A stretch of 64,000 nt of DNA, from the sequence record NZ_CP024444.1; one strand, 5' to 3'. A program made the position numbers and the translations under genes. Positions 60,299 through 64,000 of the stretch are shown here, piece after piece. Under the pieces are notes generated by a model. The model was given only the letters and a program-made list of their open reading frames with translations, was not told the origin of the DNA and did no database searches. Source of the DNA: a plasmid. Positions within the stretch are counted from its first letter, which is position 1. The number at the start of each line of letters is the position of its first letter.

Positions 60299-60500
60299 GG
60301 ATTTTGGTTTGCTGTAAATTGCAACTATTTCATATTCTGTTTTTTATTAACTTGAATTAAAAACGGTATTTTATTAATATAAATGCCGAAAGCCTTTATA
60401 GTGGTGGCTTTGAAACAAGTGAATAAAAAAGGTCTAAGCAGAAATGAACTAACCACGCTTTGATTACACTACGCCAAAACATAAGAAAAGGTATTGTACA

Positions 60501-61637
60501 ATGGCAACTGCCGCACTGAACGAAACCCTTATCAACCCACACCATGTCTTTTTGAACGGTTTACTAGAAGGTTTTCAAGTAATTGATGATGAAAACAGCG
60601 ATAAGTTCTTCTTCTTGCAACGTCAACACTCGGCATTACATCGGTTATTAAACGACAAGCAAACAGGTTATGAAGATTTCAAAAACCGCTACAAACAAGA
60701 TGCGCATAAGCTACTTGAGTCGTTGGGTGAAGACGTCATGTACTCTTCGGGCCAATACCTAAATGGCACAGCATTTCCTCATGAGTTAATCGAGGAGGGC
60801 ATTTCAACAGGCACGGTATCATCACACAGTAGCCCTGAAAGTATCAATGAGATTTACCCCTACAAAAAAGCCATCCAAGCAATGAAAGCATTGTATGACC
60901 GTAATGGCAGTTTAATCAGTGACAAGCTGTTAAAATTCCGACCACATCTACAATCGTTATTTCTAGCATCCAACCCTTATCCAATTTTGGGCTTAAATGC
61001 TGCTATTTTGGCTGCTTTATCTTACTTAAATGAAGCCGATGGCAATCCGCCCAGTAGTAATGTATGGAAAGTCGCTGAAAACGAACAACCCGATGGTTTC
61101 TCGGTTAATTGTGTTTTTCATGCAGATATTTCCCAGCTCACCCATGTTAACTACATTAATAATTACTGTGCCTATTGCCACCCAATTGACGATGACGAAG
61201 ACTATTTAGGCGACTATGACTTTGGTGGCATTTTTATCTATTCGGTATTAGAACCCATCAGTCAAAAGCAGATTTCTAACTTTTTTACTACGATAGCACA
61301 GGTACCGTTTAAATTTATTAAGCTACAAAACGTACCAAATAACCTTATCTCTACGTTGCTTGAGCATTACTATAACGACATTGATTACGCCTGTTTTGTA
61401 GAAACTTGTCAAAATTATCATGACGTTTTTGCTTATATGCTCGCCTGCGCATCAGGACTAAGCCTTAATTACTTTAAGGCATATATTGGTAAAGATTCAG
61501 GGTTTTTTAGACTCACTGAAGATGAACAAATTCAAGTCTTGGTACAAATCAAAAGCTTGGTTGATCCGATAGCGATTGCGATGCAAGACGGTGCGTTTCA
61601 AAATAATTTTGCTCACCAAAACATGGGTGATGCATGA
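60501..61637 (+). CDS. hypothetical 378-aa protein
   Basis: No motifs recognised. Confidence 0.45.
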   Translation: MATAALNETLINPHHVFLNGLLEGFQVIDDENSDKFFFLQRQHSALHRLLNDKQTGYEDFKNRYKQDAHKLLESLGEDVMYSSGQYLNGTAFPHELIEEGISTGTVSSHSSPESINEIYPYKKAIQAMKALYDRNGSLISDKLLKFRPHLQSLFLASNPYPILGLNAAILAALSYLNEADGNPPSSNVWKVAENEQPDGFSVNCVFHADISQLTHVNYINNYCAYCHPIDDDEDYLGDYDFGGIFIYSVLEPISQKQISNFFTTIAQVPFKFIKLQNVPNNLISTLLEHYYNDIDYACFVETCQNYHDVFAYMLACASGLSLNYFKAYIGKDSGFFRLTEDEQIQVLVQIKSLVDPIAIAMQDGAFQNNFAHQNMGDA

Positions 61638-62968
61638 GCTTATTTGACAAACTCGATGACGAGCTTGACATTGAAGCCCCACCGAACTTATCCAATACAG
61701 CACCACCTAAACCCAATAGTGACAATGTGGTTACTAAAATCACGCATGGCTTTGAAGGTTTCACTGAAAGCAATGTAGCCACACTTGCAAGCCACAGCGC
61801 AACGCCCACGTTTATCAATGATGTGCAAATTGTTGAGTCTAAACATGGGCTAAGTGGCAATCCTGTGGCATTAGACGGCTTGTCAGATGCACAAATTAAG
61901 CAATACCAAGAGTCCTTTGTGCTCGACGACAAATCAGCCCAGCTACCACTTAAAGCCGGGCAAACCCTTCACGCGATTAAACCCGATGAAGTGTATTATT
62001 ATTATTTAAAATACATCACCCAATTAACCCAAAGCATCACATTAAATCAGTTAACAATCGCCAATAACAAACTGCTTTACCCTGATTTTAAGCACCCACC
62101 CGCCAAACTAAACCAACATTTGCCATTATCGGTATTAACGCTAGATGATTATTATGTGCCTAATTTTGATGCGTTATACCGTAACTGTATTAATACTGCC
62201 ATTGTTGACGCGGTTGTTCGTCGCTACACTGGTTTATACCTAGACCCTAGTAATATCACGCCAGCTTACCAAGTTGGTGTTGAAATGGTATCTAACATTT
62301 CATCACTCACCCAGTCTAAGCAATTTATTCAAAATACCGCATGGACGTATTTTGCCCTATCGATGAATAATATTTTTGATTGGCAACGAAAAAACCGCTT
62401 GGCGTATCTATTTAGTTTTTGGCAAAAATGTGTGATGGCAACCATTGATGCCGACCAACAAGAAACCTTGCTTGAGGCACTAAAAAATCAAGCCAATAAT
62501 TTGCGCGAGCTCACCGATAAAATAGTGCTCGATAGAAAGTCGCTCATAAAAGACCGTAAGACCTATAATGCCAAAGAGATTTATTATGAGTCCAATGGCG
62601 TACTAACCTTGTTTGAAGCACAGCCCTACACCAACCCGATTGGCGGCAATGTGTTAATACCCACCAAGCTACTACTCACCACGGTTAATTATCTTGTATA
62701 TGAAGGGCTTTTAGACCGCCATATTTTGTCGCAAGTTGATAATAATGGCAAAGAATACTTGATTGTGAACCGCCTTGCTGAATACGCAACCGAAGACAAG
62801 CGTTACTATGAATTTTTATTGCCAGCGTTTGATGCGTTGATTAAGAGCTTTCTGCCGGACAATAAAGACCCCTATCAGGCGAATTTAATTAAAGGGCTTG
62901 GATATAGTGCTATTCAAGAGCATCGCCAATTTTACAGTGCTACCTCGCTTAATATATTGCCTGATTAA
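61634..62968 (+). CDS. hypothetical 444-aa protein
   Basis: Its start overlaps the previous stop (ATGA). Confidence 0.45.
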   Translation: MSLFDKLDDELDIEAPPNLSNTAPPKPNSDNVVTKITHGFEGFTESNVATLASHSATPTFINDVQIVESKHGLSGNPVALDGLSDAQIKQYQESFVLDDKSAQLPLKAGQTLHAIKPDEVYYYYLKYITQLTQSITLNQLTIANNKLLYPDFKHPPAKLNQHLPLSVLTLDDYYVPNFDALYRNCINTAIVDAVVRRYTGLYLDPSNITPAYQVGVEMVSNISSLTQSKQFIQNTAWTYFALSMNNIFDWQRKNRLAYLFSFWQKCVMATIDADQQETLLEALKNQANNLRELTDKIVLDRKSLIKDRKTYNAKEIYYESNGVLTLFEAQPYTNPIGGNVLIPTKLLLTTVNYLVYEGLLDRHILSQVDNNGKEYLIVNRLAEYATEDKRYYEFLLPAFDALIKSFLPDNKDPYQANLIKGLGYSAIQEHRQFYSATSLNILPD

Positions 62969-62993
62969 AGACTAGGCTAATAGGATAACTATC

Positions 62994-63440
62994 ATGCAAG
63001 CATACGAACAAATACAGTCACATGCCCCAAGCTTTGCCCAAATCACTGATCCAGTCTTCAATGAGCTTTGCGTCGTACAAACTGATATCTTATTTCCGAA
63101 TGTGATACATTACAGTGAACACCCTAAAATATCCCCCGTCCTACTCAATACCGCGACAACTGTGTTAACCCCGATTGACGCGCAAGCCTTGCTCACTAAA
63201 TACGCCAACGAGCTAAAATCACTACATCATACCCTGACCAAAGATTTAGGCTTTATGTCGCTGATTGCATTGGTACACACGTTGTACTTAATGGAGGCAC
63301 ACGCTATGGGTGAACAGCAAGCCATCGATGCTGTGGTTGCACAAACACAGGCGAGATTACACATCAATCAGTCTTTTATCGGTAACCGCTTTATCAACAA
63401 CCCTAATAGCAAAAATAACGAGGTGCCACATGTCCTTTGA
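62994..63440 (+). CDS. hypothetical 148-aa protein
   Basis: ORF with a 25-nt gap to the previous gene. Confidence 0.4.
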   Translation: MQAYEQIQSHAPSFAQITDPVFNELCVVQTDILFPNVIHYSEHPKISPVLLNTATTVLTPIDAQALLTKYANELKSLHHTLTKDLGFMSLIALVHTLYLMEAHAMGEQQAIDAVVAQTQARLHINQSFIGNRFINNPNSKNNEVPHVL

Positions 63441-64000
63441 GCAGACTTCAATTATTGAGAATTCAGCTAAACAAGAGGTGTTGGTGGCGTTATACGACTC
63501 AATACAGACCACGCCTGCCGCCTTGCCACCCAACCAATTGGTGGATTTAATAAATGGCAAAAGTTTTGGTAATCTTGCTGATAACGAACGTGCTGTTTCA
63601 GCCGAGCAGCTTAATGAATTTGCCAACGAACTGTACAAACCCATTTTGGCGCAAAATGAGCTTAAATCTCAATATCATGAGCTTTACGAGCCAGCTATTT
63701 TACAAACCACTAAAAATCAGCTCGCCCACCTAAACCAATCAGCGATTGCGACGTTAACAGGTGAAACCGACTTACTGCCGTTTGAACACTTCTTGCCAGT
63801 GGCGATTAACCCACAAACCATCTTTGTTGATACCCAATACGGTAAAAAGGTCATTGAATTTCTCGAAAAGCAAATGCCGCATACCGATGTGTTTGAAAAC
63901 GTCAAACAGCTATTGTCTTCACGCCTAGAGAAGTATGAAGACACCTATCAAAATGCAATGAATGAAGTCACAACTGATACATTGACAACGCTTACCATTA
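63431..64000 (+). CDS. hypothetical protein, 5-prime part (runs off the window end)
   Basis: ATG at 63431 (MSFEQTSIIENSAKQEV...). It overlaps the previous gene by 10 nt. The frame stays open to base 64000. It is not in the ORF track because there is no in-window stop. Confidence 0.4.

Noticed and set aside
40109-64000. Type IV secretion/conjugation (MPF) or Dot/Icm-like apparatus.
   Set aside because: No VirB4/VirB11/VirD4-type ATPase (no Walker A in any of the large proteins), no relaxase and no pilin-sized gene within the 24 kb. Such genes could still lie beyond the window, so this is rejected only as a confident call.

Overview
This window looks like a mosaic of an unknown backbone (plasmid or integrative element) interrupted by two inserted regions. 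The host is a low-GC gamma-proteobacterium; codon and amino-acid usage look Moraxellaceae-like. That is a guess without a database.

Backbone block 1 (about 216-7800): a UvrD-like SF1 helicase, an OB-fold SSB/PriB-like protein, a large Toprim (primase-like) protein and two unknown genes. On its left it abuts the 3-prime end of an IS1-family element (bases 1-215).

Resistance/defence mosaic (7838-25901):
- A Tn5393 fragment with its 38-bp inverted repeat and strA-strB (aph(3'')-Ib, aph(6)-Id).
- A small-plasmid remnant: a TraD/MobC-like gene and the 3-prime part of a Rep_3 rep gene cut by an IS3-family element.
- A TerY-P-type operon: three TerY-like vWA proteins, TerD, a PP2C phosphatase and a Ser/Thr kinase.
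- A TonB-C lipoprotein.
- An aes / Nudix-NrtR-like / SPFH / NAD-kinase-like block.
- tetR(H)-tet(H) with tetO operators.
- A complete IS1-family element.

Backbone block 2 (25902-28940): an AT-rich non-coding region with repeats, then five small unknown genes.

Integrase island (about 29184-36800): a P4-type tyrosine integrase translationally coupled to an exported DRGH non-specific endonuclease. It also carries a frameshifted DUF1643 gene, a Dcm-type C5-methyltransferase, an Arc/RHH-fused 336-aa protein and an ASCH-like protein.

Backbone block 3 (36834 to the window end): a membrane-anchored spermidine-synthase-like protein, then from 40109 a ~24-kb co-directional operon of at least 14 unknown genes. 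These include proteins of 755, 908, 1498 and 878 aa and a family of four paralogous exported proteins with a conserved Cys loop. I saw no ATPase or other catalytic motifs in this operon.

A conserved ~18-nt motif ((A)TTAATTATTAGCGAATAA) lies 10-35 nt upstream of at least 11 start codons across all three backbone blocks and nowhere in the inserted regions. It marks a common regulon and a common origin for the three blocks.

The large unannotated operon plus its private regulatory motif is the best candidate for an undescribed system. The ORF track omits ORFs that run off a window edge, and some of its ORFs start on TTG or GTG. Several true starts are therefore probably internal ATGs, as noted per feature.
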